Shown: positions 13,001-24,892, counted from the whole stretch's first letter. The stretch is DNA of 61,948 bases, filler included, from Rhabdomonas costata (GCA_019059605.1; 20 parts of 20 records of this genome joined end to end with filler, not necessarily neighbours in it), one strand, 5' to 3'. Program-made: numbers and translations. Notes: generated by a model from the letters alone, not told the origin.

Positions 13001-13439
13001 GTGGGTTGGTGTGTTCGTGGTGTGCCCTTATGATGGCGGGCTGGTAACGAAGGCTGGCGCGGGAACGTGGTAGGCGACCGCGGCGGTCCCGGCGTTTGTA
13101 GCCTTGCGTGTCCGCGTCTTCCCTCGAGTAATTCCATTCCAAAATGATCTAAGACGACGCCTTGCCGCGACAAGGCAGTGAAGTCCAAAGCGTTTGGGTC
13201 CTTGCGCGGGAACAGCCGGCGTTACCTGACGTCCTCCGAAAAGCTTGCGTCGAATTGTGTTTTTTGGTTACCTCGAAACTCAGGTTTCAGGATGTGCAGG
13301 AAGTGGGTCTCGTGTTGTGGCACGGACGGCTTTGTTTTCCCGCACTGCTGCGCCCAGAATCGCGCGGTTCCAGCAATTTACGCTTTCAGCGTGATTGGGT
13401 TGTTCTGCTTCTGAAGAATGTGGTCACCGTTTCTTATGA

Positions 13440-14300
13440 GCATCGCCATACGTGCTGTGGACACCGTCGTATTTTCTAACAAGGCTGGCCTGCAGGCGTG
13501 CTGCTGTGGTGGTCGGAAGCCCAATGATTGTCTGGAGTGTGTCCATCATTCAGCATCAGCGTTATCGTTGATTCCGGCCACTCATCGCTTGGTATTGCCT
13601 GTGTGATGTGCTGATTCCGACAGGGACCAAGTCAGGTGTTGAGAATTTTTAGTTTCTGGCGGGGGACCATGCGGCCATACAATGAACCGCATGCAAGACA
13701 CTGTTCCAGCGTTTGAGAGCCGCATCGGATGCGGGATTTGGTACAGATGACGGCGGCGATTCCAGGTAGGTGCGCTCGTTGTTATGGTGGATTGATGGCA
13801 CTTGACTGAGACCATGTGGATCAGGATCAGGACCATCGTAGTATATCTCGCACTTGCGATCGTTAATGTCCAGCCCGATAGTGTGGAGCAGCTCCTTGAG
13901 GTAGAAAAAAGCGCGTTTTACTCATCGGGGTTCGGCGTTGATCACCCCATCGTCCATGTGACGTAAGTCCTCGTCAGCTCCTTCCAGACCGATTCCACAG
14001 AAAATTGGCGCGAGGGCGATACAGACGATACATAAGAGTGGGGTGACAGTGTGTCTTCTTGAAGCACTCCCGTGGTGGATCTAAAAGTGAAGCCTTCACT
14101 GACTATCGGTACTGCAGCAGAGAGAGGCCAGCGGTACCAGGTGTCCAACAGTTGGTCGGTGTAGACAAGGGGCTTGCAGCAGGCCTGGCAGCTGACTTGG
14201 TTGAACGCGTTGCGGAGATCCACTTCCGGACCACCATGCACAGCAGAGTGGTACTGAGGTCGTTGACCCATTTGCAGACCATGTAGATCGCTGTCTGGGC
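13440..14300 (-). mobile_element. Decayed non-LTR retrotransposon reverse transcriptase, CRE/SLACS-like
   Basis: Motifs occur in RT order across frameshifts: VDLRNAFNQVS, STTGVLQEDTLSP (GVxQGDPLxP), HMDDG, IGLDINDRKCE, and a downstream LQASL. Confidence 0.8.
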
Positions 14301-14459
14301 TCCGTTAGACCACTGACTTTATTTACAACCGGAAAGGTGGATAAATGGGACCGCACCGACCAATAAATCTGGTTATCTGGTTATATTCTTCAGCTTGTTG
14401 TTGATTTCACCTACCTCTGGCGGTAAATTATCACGGCCAATCTCTTGGGCGATCCATTC

Positions 14460-14950
14460 AAATATGGGCATTGGCAGATATTATAAGACATCCATACGAC
14501 AGACATGGCCAACATTTTTTATAGACTACCTTCAGGACAAGAAGCTGGCGGCCAACCAACAAATCCCAAACACCGACGACCTATTTGTGGATTCAATTTG
14601 CTTGTGCCTTTTTTCTGATGTCCTGTGGGTTTTCGGTCAACCTTTGACAATTGAAATCGTCGTTTTTCAACCACACCGTCGCCAGCAAATGACTCTTTCA
14701 TTCATGTTATGCGCCACTTCTTCAGAGGGCACACTTTGTTGGTACTGAATGCCACCGCCAACACGGTGGACGAGGAATACACCGGTTTGAGACAACGACT
14801 TGTGTGCTCGCGGCCGTTGATCGACTCTTGAGTCCAGGATTTGAGAGCAGAAGTACCGTCCGTACCACTCGTCTGGTATGAGGTTTTCACTTCCCACACG
14901 TCTATACAATTTCGCAGTAAACACCAGCTACGTGCTTCCATCTTTGGTAA
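14460..14950 (-). mobile_element. Possible second decayed Merlin/ISXO2-like transposase fragment next to the RT relic
   Basis: FAGDGVVE...KVDRKPTGHQKKG and, in another frame, *VVGVWD resemble GxxVExDE...KxxxG...WVxG. Heavily frameshifted. Confidence 0.3.
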
Positions 14951-17039
14951 AATTCTTCCATCGCTTACCTCTTATTGCCTTTTTACTTTGTCCGCATTTG
15001 TGTTACTTATGATTGCACACGTACACTAGTCTGTTAGGTTCATCCAGCCGACCTACTCCTAACACATAAAGACCGTCTTTCCAGCACCTATTTAACCACA
15101 AAACCGTTTACTATCGAATTTATTTTTTTGTGTTTTGTGCCGCCTTTGGGATTCTGGTTCCTGTGCGGATGGGTCACACTGTTTCACCTGCTTGCTAACT
15201 TGCGCTTTGTGCGTTTCCTGAATTTCAATAGCGTCTTTTCCACTGATATAAACAATCAAACATATCACACCACGTGTGGTGGAAATTGACACGGCTATAC
15301 CAACACAAATATCCTCACAAGTGGGTCTTGGGCATGGGAATAATACCGGCCTCAAAAATATCCAAATGTAACCTCCCATTCTATATACTCTAGTGCAACT
15401 GACCAATTGCCTCCAAAATGACCACACAACAGGTANNNNNNNNNNNNNNNNNNNNNNNNNNNNNNNNNNNNNNNNNNNNTTAATTAATTAANNNNNNNNN
15501 NNNNNNNNNNNNNNNNNNNNNNNNNNNNNNNNNNNTGTTCGCTGTTCTCCCCCACTGCATGGCTGTGCTGCCCCACCTCTTGCGCACCGTGGATACCCTT
15601 GTGCGTGCGTGCGTGAATGTGATGTATGCGCGCCGTGGCTAGCTTCTGGGGTTCGGGCCAAACCTCCATCCTCCGCACATGAACCCACGGGCAAATTTAC
15701 ATCTTGTTTGCGTTAATGGTGGTGGATGTGAGTGTGAGGTGGCCCTGTCGGTGAGCCCGTTTTTTTGCTCTGTGGGGGCCTGTGGTTTGTGCGCCTGTGC
15801 GTGTTCGTGTGAGTGTACGTGTGCCATTTATGTCTGGTGCTTGCTGCTCGGGAAATCTTCTTGGTGCATTGTGGTCGAACAGCCGACGGTTGGTAGTTTC
15901 CTTTGTCGGCTTTCAGCCGTTGAGAGTCTATCCCCATCCACTGTTTTTTCCATTCCAGGAAATATGCAACTGTGTCATTTTGGCTGCATGTGGTTATTGT
16001 CACGTTTTGGTGTTACGAGGGTAATGCAGGAGAACTCGGATTAGGATTTGGGTTTTCGCATTGTTCGAGGTTTCGGTTTGCCGTATCCTTTGCAATAACC
16101 AGAAACGGCTTCCTGCCAGCTTTGGTCGGGGGACCTATCTTTGGACCACCCCGGCCCATGCCCTCAAACGATCAATACCCTGACCAGTTTACCCCAAATG
16201 AATGGTTGGGAGCCGCGGTTTCCAATTCCAGGCCCTTTGCTCGTCCCTCCGGTCAGAATGCGCCCGTTGAGCACGCCACTTAACCGACTAATCCAAGGTA
16301 CGGTGCTTCATTTGATAAAACGCAGCACCGGGCAAGGCGTCGCGGGAGAAAAGGCGCCACATTACAAATGTCCCCATACCGACGCTGACATTGGCACGGG
16401 CGTAAATGACGGCACAACCGAAGAGCAAAATTTCATCTTTGCTTTGTCTTTGTTTTGAAAAATTAAGGCGAAGTCCGGTTATGATTCAGTTCGCGGGTTT
16501 TTCCTAGTTTATGACCCTTATTTCAACTCCGGGTGTTGAATCAATAATTGTGATCACATCAAGACCCTACCAAAACACCCATTGGTTGATAATTGATATC
16601 ATGATCTCATCGTGTCGACACATGCATTATGCCCTTTCGGTGAAAAGTGTTATTTTGTGTTTGCTAAGAACCAGCCATTTCATAAACAGAACGATCAGGT
16701 AACATCACGAAAATGTGCATAAATTCCGCTTTGGCATATTTGAACAAAACTCCCAGGTTACGATGTGGCGTGCCATGTAAAAGTGCGTTAAGAAACATAT
16801 GTGCGCCGACATTTTCTTTTATGATTTTGCCTTCGTTTTTTTTCTTCCGTCTGGCAAGCTGTACATCTATTGTGAATCGATTCTTTTGGCGTGGGAGCCA
16901 ACCAACAAGTGGTAGAAACGTCCGTTTGGCGCATCTACCATGCATCCAGTTCGTTGTGAATGCCCCAACGGCATAATGTCGGTATAATTACGTGGGCAAT
17001 GCAAAAAACATAAACCGCGTAGCTAAGGACATAAAAGTT

Positions 17040-17910
17040 TTATGGGATACTGTTTGCTATCATCTTTCTCAGAAGAAACCTCATCTGCCAAACCATACGT
17101 TCCATCAACTCCTCGTTTGAGTGCCGCTTATAGATAAAACATCCGTCAGCGCAGTTTTCTAGTGAAGTAGTATCGTGGCACAAAAGCACACAAATGGGTT
17201 TGGCAACAAAGCAAAGCATGTATGAGGGTGTTTCCTTGGTGTGATTCCATTGCAAGGCAGCTTGCTTTGTTGCACAAAGCAAAATTCACGTTAGCACAAT
17301 GTCGATCCTCCGCGATTTGCGGTCAATGGGTGCGACATCTTGACGGAGTCCAAAAGCAGCGCGCCTGCGAGTTGGTGATTGCAGACAAATGTTGTTGTTT
17401 TGCAAAAAGGTTAATGGTAAACCCAGCTTTTCAAAGCTTTTGTCAAGTGATGAAAGTATTTCGACTGTAACGCCTATTGTTGTGCATGGGAATGGTTTAT
17501 GAAAGGTGAGTCACCAGAACCATTTGGGGCACCAAATGTGACTGTTTGGTGTTTGATCTACTCAAGCAAAATATGACAGCTGAAGTCTATCGTGACTGCT
17601 GCGTAAGACGTTCTATGCCGCTGTTGAAAGGCAGTGTCTTAGTCCAAGACGGAGCCAGAGCGCATGCTTTGTGATTGATAAATGTGTACCTGGACAAAAA
17701 ACACGTCAATGCGATCGCGAAAATGTCCTTTCTGTCTCTACACCTGGCTACATTGAAAATCTCTGTGGAATTCTGGCCAGCAAAGTGAGTGATTGCGGGC
17801 CTGCTGATGAGAAAGAGTTGGAGAAGTTCGTTCAGAAAGTGTGAGTGAATATCTCCAAAGTGAGGTGGGATAAGCTGGTGATTAGTTTCAAGGCAGGTTT
17901 GAACTTTGTA
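17040..17910 (+). mobile_element. Decayed Tc1/mariner (IS630-like) DDE transposase
   Basis: Catalytic motifs in order: LSSDES (~17440), VQDGARAH (~17642), IENLCGILASKV (~17752). Many stops and frameshifts. Confidence 0.75.
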
Positions 17911-18795
17911 TTTTATTTGCTAAGATTCCTCTTTATAAAAACTGCAAGCCTAGTTAAACCACAAAACTGAGACATTGGTGCCTTACATTTCTAACAGAAT
18001 AATGTGAACAATTGGTTTACACGTAAATATTAACATGGAATGAAGATATCATAGCTGCATTTTCCAATAATCATAAAATGGGTTTTATTACGGCATGTCC
18101 ACGTTTGTAAGCGTGCCTCACATTTACTTACTGTGATCTCACATCAAAATTTGGAAATGTGCGGTTCAGTTACCCAATAATAATGTAATTTCTATTAATA
18201 CAATTCACAACATGGCATATACAGTTCAGTTTGCTGCATTAACATGCTGGTATTAAGTTTACTACATACAATGGATTGTGTTTCAGTTTGTATTCCAAAA
18301 AACTGTCATGAACCATCATACAAAGCAAATTCATCTCATAAAGGCAAATATCAATCATCACGGAGTCTTAGATACACAATTTTGGCTGCAAGCGAGCATT
18401 CATCGTGACAAATGACCAATGCAGTTATTTGTACAGTTAATTGCTGAGATAAAAATAAAAACATGACCAAATTAATTAGTTGATATATGAACGCTAGTCA
18501 AATGTTTAACTCAAGCTTCCAGAGCGTTCACACAAACCCCNNNNNNNNNNNNNNNNNNNNNNNNNNNNNNNNNNNNNNNNNNNNTTAATTAATTAANNNN
18601 NNNNNNNNNNNNNNNNNNNNNNNNNNNNNNNNNNNNNNNNTTCTGCCATCACCGTGGTTTTGTGGTGCTCCGTTATGTTCCCGCTCTGTTGTTCAGCAGC
18701 AGTTGACCGTCACAAAAGCTCAAAACAACAGTTAAATGAAGCTGTCCGCAACGACCCACAAAACAGCAGCTCCGTTCGGTTCCTTTCATGTTCAT

Positions 18796-21442
18796 TCAGC
18801 TGATTAGAGCGCTTTGCTGAGGGTCGAGCAATCCGAGCACATGGTCAGGATGACTGGTGGTCACTTTTCCTTCGAGAATAGCGCGCTGGGCCTCTAGATA
18901 TAGCCTGCGACCAGATATGCAAAATGCACGAGGATATGGGAAGAAAGAATATATATGCGTTGAGGAGGGAGACGTCCCCTTATTTGCCGAGGACCGTCAC
19001 CCATATGGGAAGAAAGAAGAAGGGACAAGTAGCAATAAAAACGTGCCCACGCATCAAAGAACCCCCACAACGTATCACTTTGCCAGGGTTGGGGAGGGGA
19101 ATGCTCAAAGCTTTGAAAGAAAAGCTCTGAACCATCAAAGCACAACAGTTCACGACTCCTCAGTGCCGGTGCTTATCTTGGGGAAGTGCTTGCAATACGT
19201 GAATGCGTGCATTTGTAGTGTAGCTTTAGTTTGTCCGATCGCGTGTGCAAACACGCCATTGACCTGTCCAAAACAGTCGTGGAGATCACTGCCTGTGGAC
19301 TGAACGGCTGCTCTTGGGCGTCGGAATTGTCGTCAGGGCCTGAGAATCCCACCCCAGTACTAGTTGCCCGACAAGAAGACCATGGGTCTGGAATTACCTT
19401 CACCATGCTCACCACACTGAATGCAATGGCGAAAGCAGCGTGACAACTAGCTGGCCGCTTTGTAGCTTAGAATCACGCATTGCGTGCCACATTTGGCGCA
19501 TCTGAAACTTTGCGGCATTTTATTCATGTTTTATTCATGTTTGCCTGCCCCGTGGAAACTGACACCCCGCCTGCTGGGACTTGCTTGGTATCGTGTCATG
19601 TTTTATTTATTCATGCAATGCGCGTGCCGTCAGCAAATACTACGAACACCTCAGACGCTTCGAGTGGAGAAGTCATCCTGTGCTGCAAGCAACACAAAAA
19701 TTAATCCGACCGGCGTCTCAAAAAAGCATTACAACTGCGCCAGTGACCCAGTGATACCACATCCATTGGGAGAGCAGACGGACAAAATTCAGGTTGTTGG
19801 AAGTTGTTGGAAGGGTTAATGGGGGGGGGGCTACATCAAGCTAAATACCGCAATTACTGGCTGTCCCTTGGCTCGCCTCGGTAGCCGCAGGGTACCTCCA
19901 CAGGAGGTATTCCACCGCGACTCGTGCAGCACGGTCAACCTTCCCGGCGCTTAGCCATGCCATCACCAGCTTTCCCGGGGAGTGGTACTGTGAGCCAGCA
20001 GGCACGGCGCTACCCCCCCGCCCCCCGGAAGACACTGGAGAGAAAGCAGCGCGGATGAGGGCGCAAAGGCTTCACTGAAGTCACGATACAAGGAAGATGG
20101 TCACCCACAGAAGACGTTATGCATGTCCTTCAAGATGAGGTCAATTCGAATGTAAATATGTGCAGAGTCATAATGAATAGAATACGTCTCCTTTGTGGTG
20201 AGCAAACAAAATTTCGAAGGATTCCTGAGACGGTGAACAAAGTTGCATACTTCCCACATTACTGAGTGTATTTTTTCGAACCCTCAGTGTTCACCACGCC
20301 CTTTTTTTAGGGGGGATCTACCGCCCCCTGCTGAACTCAAACTCAAAGGGTTGTTGCCAGTTTGTTAATGGCCTTCGGCTAAACCTCTTGTGAATCACAC
20401 CACACCCACACCACGCGTTCTCCGCTTTTTTTTTCACATGTTTCTTATGTCATCACGTGAGCTCCACGCATTCTCCATCAAGTCCTTTTCCTTCCTCGAC
20501 AAACAGTATAAATTATTGCATTACCTTTTTTCCGGACCCTGAACACTCTGTGAGCTGCTTTTGTCCTTGTTTATGCATTTAGTTCCTTCCCACATCCACC
20601 GATCCGCCCCTCCCCAAGCTTCGCTTCACGAATGCCCGCCTCAAAAACAGTCAAGATAAGGTAGGAATTGCTTCTATTCTGACCGACCTGACCCAATGAA
20701 GAAGATCACAGTGAAAGAAAAAATTGAATCGGCGCGGTGGGAGCAGAAATTGAAGGGGGGATGGGTTTTCAGCCTTGACTCGCTGGGAAATCCATGTCGG
20801 AGGTTCCGCCTCCGAGGCAGCGTCCAGAAGGGTTAGCAGCACCAGCTCGTAGTTCCATGTGCTGGCGGGGTGACTCCTAGAAAGGCTGAAGAAACGCTCC
20901 CAGCCCCCACAAAAGCAGTTAAGTGTTGAAGAAGATTGGCATTGGCTAGAAGGGCGTTGATTCAATCCAGGAGGTGAGCCTTTCCCCTGTCCGCGCGCCG
21001 CCCCACCAGCCCCCGTTCTCTCCAACCAACAATCACCTCACCCACCATTGTGCCTCAGCCGCTTCTCTCTGATTCCTCCATCTCTCCCCCTTTCCTCGCA
21101 AACCTTCCCCTTCCCCATTGCGATTCACCCCAGCCCCATGTTCTTTTTTTCCCGATGTCACCGTACTCTTGTGCTTTCGCGCCACCATAGTTGCCTCAAT
21201 CGCACAACCCTATGCCTTGCTCCCGATTTACAGGCATGAACAATAAGCCAAAATAAAATGCACATCCACGCACTCGTCCAGAAGCTGACGCAGGGCCCTC
21301 TCCATGGAGGCCGCTGGGGCCACTGCAGGTGGGCAGCACCGTCCCAGCAGCAGCCCACGTTGCAGCCCCGCCAGCCTCCCCGCCATAGTCCGCAAAACGC
21401 CCTCCATCCCACTGGCCAGCCCATGGGAATGGCAGAGCTCAG
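18796..21442 (-). CDS. NUP160: Nucleoporin Nup160-like C-terminal region, 5'-partial. Exons 21442-21274, 20876-20774, 19987-19849, 19387-19264, 18904-18796
   Basis: The spliced product ...RALRQLLDE...YELVLLTLLD...PPTWISQRVKYHSPGKLVMAWLSAGKVDRAARVAVEYL...VISTTVLDRL follows the remembered Nup160 C-terminal pattern (LPxWL...L+xxYL...A..+..EY+...+D.L). All joins keep the frame. Confidence 0.55.
20256..20278 (+). other. Euglenid spliced-leader (SL)-like 23-mer, not followed by a GT donor (relic copy rather than an SL RNA gene)
   Basis: ACATTACTGAGTGTATTTTTTCG versus the Euglena gracilis SL as I recall it, ACTTTCTGAGTGTCTATTTTTTTTCG. Both share the CTGAGTGT core and the A-T(n)-CG end. Confidence 0.6.
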
Positions 21443-21744
21443 CTTTCCACAAAAAAGCAACAACAAGTCAAGTCTTTTCAAATGTTCCGCATAATCGCAG
21501 ATGTGCCTTTCAGGTGCGTTGCCGTTGACTGGCTTTCACCGGAAAGTAGAACAACAAAACGGGAGGCTTCACTACAGTTCTTTCTCCTATATGTTCGGGG
21601 GGTTCTACCAGGTGGGCCTATCTAGCCTCTTCAGCCGACCTCCGNNNNNNNNNNNNNNNNNNNNNNNNNNNNNNNNNNNNNNNNNNNNTTAATTAATTAA
21701 NNNNNNNNNNNNNNNNNNNNNNNNNNNNNNNNNNNNNNNNNNNN

Positions 21745-24659
21745 AAGGGCGGCCTCGGTGCCGAGCAGCCCACTAGAGCCTCGGCGGGGTCCCCCAGCAT
21801 CCGCCTCAGCGGCGGCGCGAAGAATTAACGATGACTATGAGGAGCCCGAGGTCCTCTTTGTTATTGGGAGATTGGGAAAGCTCGCAACTAAGGCTAGTAA
21901 CACCCCGAAACTGAGAATTTAGTATTTGACATTTCGAACAGAAGTCTTTTTAGCCTATATTTATGCCGGTGGTCCTTCGCGGCATCCTGTGGTGTGCCGT
22001 GGTTAAAAACTCTCAGTTTACGGCTTTTCCTCCACATGCGCAGGACAACCCCGATGATCCTGTAAAGAAACGGGAAATGGAGGCCTTTCTGAACCAGAAA
22101 AGAAGTACCGCCATCGATACTCGCTCTGGGGGAGCCTATATCCCCCCCTTCAGGTGAATCTTGTGCTTTCTCCCCTTTTCTCGGGAAGCGGTGCAGTTTT
22201 GGTTCTTTTGGTGGTTCAATCTTGTTCTGTTCTGAGATTACTGCTATGCCCAAAGGATGCTATGCCCATCGAGTGACTGTTGTCTCTCTCATCAGCGGTC
22301 CGATGCATTTTGGTGCTGTTCCCAGGATGAAGCGGATTCAGGAGGAGGTCGCGCCCAGCTTCGAGTCTGCAGAGTACCAGCGAATGATGTGGGAAGCTCT
22401 GAAGAAGAGTATCAACGGCCTGATCAACAAGGTTCCTTCAAACACACGCCCTGCTAATGGTTCCTTTCCTTCCACGGGTCCCCATGACAGTTTTTTTTTG
22501 GGTTGCGGTGCTCATCCAGAAGTAATATGCTTTTTTCTTGTCGTAGCTTCTTTGCTTGTCCTTCGCAGGTAAATGTGGTGAACATCAAGAATATTATTCC
22601 GGAGATTTTCGGGGAGAACCTGATCCGGGGAAAAGGCCTGCTCTGCCGCGCCTTGATGAAGGCCCAGGTATCCAGTGTGGACGAACGAAAGGGCGAGTTC
22701 TGGAGTTCTGGAGTTCTGGAGTGCATGTTTGCGTGCGCAATCGGTGGCTCCATGAGTCCAGGAGACTCTCAGTCCCTCATCTGTGGCTTTTCAGCAAAAC
22801 TACAGGAAGTTTGGCGTCTCTGGTGTATTACCTGTGTAATTCTGACCTAAGAAGACCATTCGGTGGTCAGCTGTAGGGGGGGGAGCGGTGCTGGGTTGCA
22901 CAGGCGGCCTCTCCAGGGTTCACTCCGGTGTTCGCAGCGGTGGTGGCGGTGGTGAACACGAAGATCCCGGAGGTGGGGGAGCTTCTGCTGAAGCGCCTGG
23001 TGCTGAGCTGGCGCAAGGCCTTCCACCGCAAACACAAGCAGCTGTGTGTCACCCTTGCGAAGTTTCTGGCCCACTTGACAAACCAGAAGGTCGTCGATGA
23101 GAACCTCAGTCTGGAGGTCTTCTTCCTTCGCCTGGGAGGATGAAGGGAGACGGAGGGTGGGTACCAGGTTCTTGAGAAATTCCCCTCATCCAAGGTTATC
23201 AAATTTCAACCGAACGAGAAAGTTGGAAACGCCGCTGTGCGAAAATACCCACCAAGATTAAAATGTTAAATGATGAAGAATACCACCACCCAAGACCGGC
23301 CCACATGGAATGGACCAGGGTTGGCATCTTTTTTACTTTCGTAAAAGAAACGCTACATCCAGGGTTCCGAAAAACGTAAAAAAAAACATATGAAAACATT
23401 AAAAAAAGAGGAAAGGGCAAGGCAAACCGGAGGAAGAATGAGCACCCCCCGGGTCCCCCTTTTCTTTGGCTGAATCCTTAAAAAATATGGAGGGCGAAGC
23501 CGAGCCGAAGCCTTCCAGAACGGTGCCTTTCACCACCTGCAGATATGTTTGTCTCTTGGCGGCTCTTTTTCGCAGCAGACTCCCTCTTCACTCCAATTAT
23601 GTTTACAGTCGTATATATAGAGCCGGTTAAGAACTTGATGACAGTTTTCTCTGCACCTAGCTCAGCTCAGCGCCAACCTCAACCCTGAACGCAGTGAAGG
23701 GTCTATCATGGAGTGGTAGAGGTGAATGCACGTACGCGCCTTATGGCGGGGGAGTAGCATGAACCATCACATTTAGGGAGTATGCGAGGAACGCAGTGAC
23801 GAGTAATACGACCCGCAAAAACAGTGCGTGCGGAATCCTGTGATTACCGGCTTGAAAAACCAAGTTCCAGAGCGTGCGAGGTACATCCGTATTGTTGTCT
23901 GATGCTTTCAGTGGATTCCTGTGTTTTCTGGTGAGCGTGGATTCCCGTCCCTGCCCCGAAAAATGCAATTACATTGCACACTGTCACCCCCTGTCCTTCT
24001 ACACAGATACTGACTCTCCTTCTGGACAAGCCCACCGACGATAGCGTTGAGGTTGCCGTCGGCTTTGCCAAGGTGTGAACCAGCGCAGTCCACGGGCGCC
24101 TGGTAGGTTTTCGCACGAGTCAATGCACGAAGCTTTGAACGGCACAACATTCGGAGACGAAGAAGCGGCGGTTTATCTTATCCACAATTAGGTTCAAAGA
24201 AAGATATAATTGGTTTGTTTTTCGTTCAACTGTTCTCTTATGTTTGCACAGGATGTTGGCGCGGCCTTAAATGAGGTCAGCTCTCTGGGCCTTCACGCCA
24301 TCTTCGAGCGATTCCGTGCCATTCTGAGCGAGGTTCAAAATTACCTCTTTGCCTCTGTCTGGTGCTCTCCGGCTCTAATCATTGGGTTGAGGTGAAAGTC
24401 GCTGCTTTTGTGAAACCTTTTTTCTCCCCCCTCACGCCTTCATAAGCACCCAATTGTGTCTCCCTCATCACCGCTTGTTATTCTGGTGTGGTTTTGCTTT
24501 ACCTCTCCAACTCTCCCTTTTCCAAAGGGTGACCTTACGAAGCGCACGCAATACCTCATTGAGGGCCTCCTGACCGCCCGGAAGCACAAGTTTCGGGACT
24601 ACCCTTCCATCGCGGCTGACTTGGACTTGGTCGAAGAGGAAGACCAAATCACACACGAG
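21745..24659 (+). CDS. CWC22: Pre-mRNA splicing factor CWC22 (MIF4G domain), partial. Exons <21745-21850, 22044-22153, 22326-22431, 22569-22667, 22904-23116, 24007-24072, 24252-24332, 24528-24659
   Basis: Hallmark peptides TRSGGAYIPPFR, EYQRMMWEALKKSINGLINKVN, ENLIRGKGLLCRALMKAQ, PTDDSVEVAVGF, AIFERFRAIL and LDLVEEEDQITHE. All joins are GT-AG and in frame. Confidence 0.95.
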
Positions 24660-24892
24660 GTGCGCCTTTCGTGCGGGCGCTCAGTCGCCTCGAGTGTCGT
24701 GTGTCCTTTCATCTTTCACTCTTTCTTTCCTTGCCTCCCACCCACCACCNNNNNNNNNNNNNNNNNNNNNNNNNNNNNNNNNNNNNNNNNNNNTTAATTA
24801 ATTAANNNNNNNNNNNNNNNNNNNNNNNNNNNNNNNNNNNNNNNNNNNNGTTGTTTGTGTAGTTCTCGCGCTTAAGGCGACCAGATGTGTGA

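Noticed and set aside
16208-16235. GAGCCGCGGTTTCCAATTCCAG resembling the SSU rRNA 530 loop
   Set aside because: The match is short and interrupted, with no flanking rRNA similarity.
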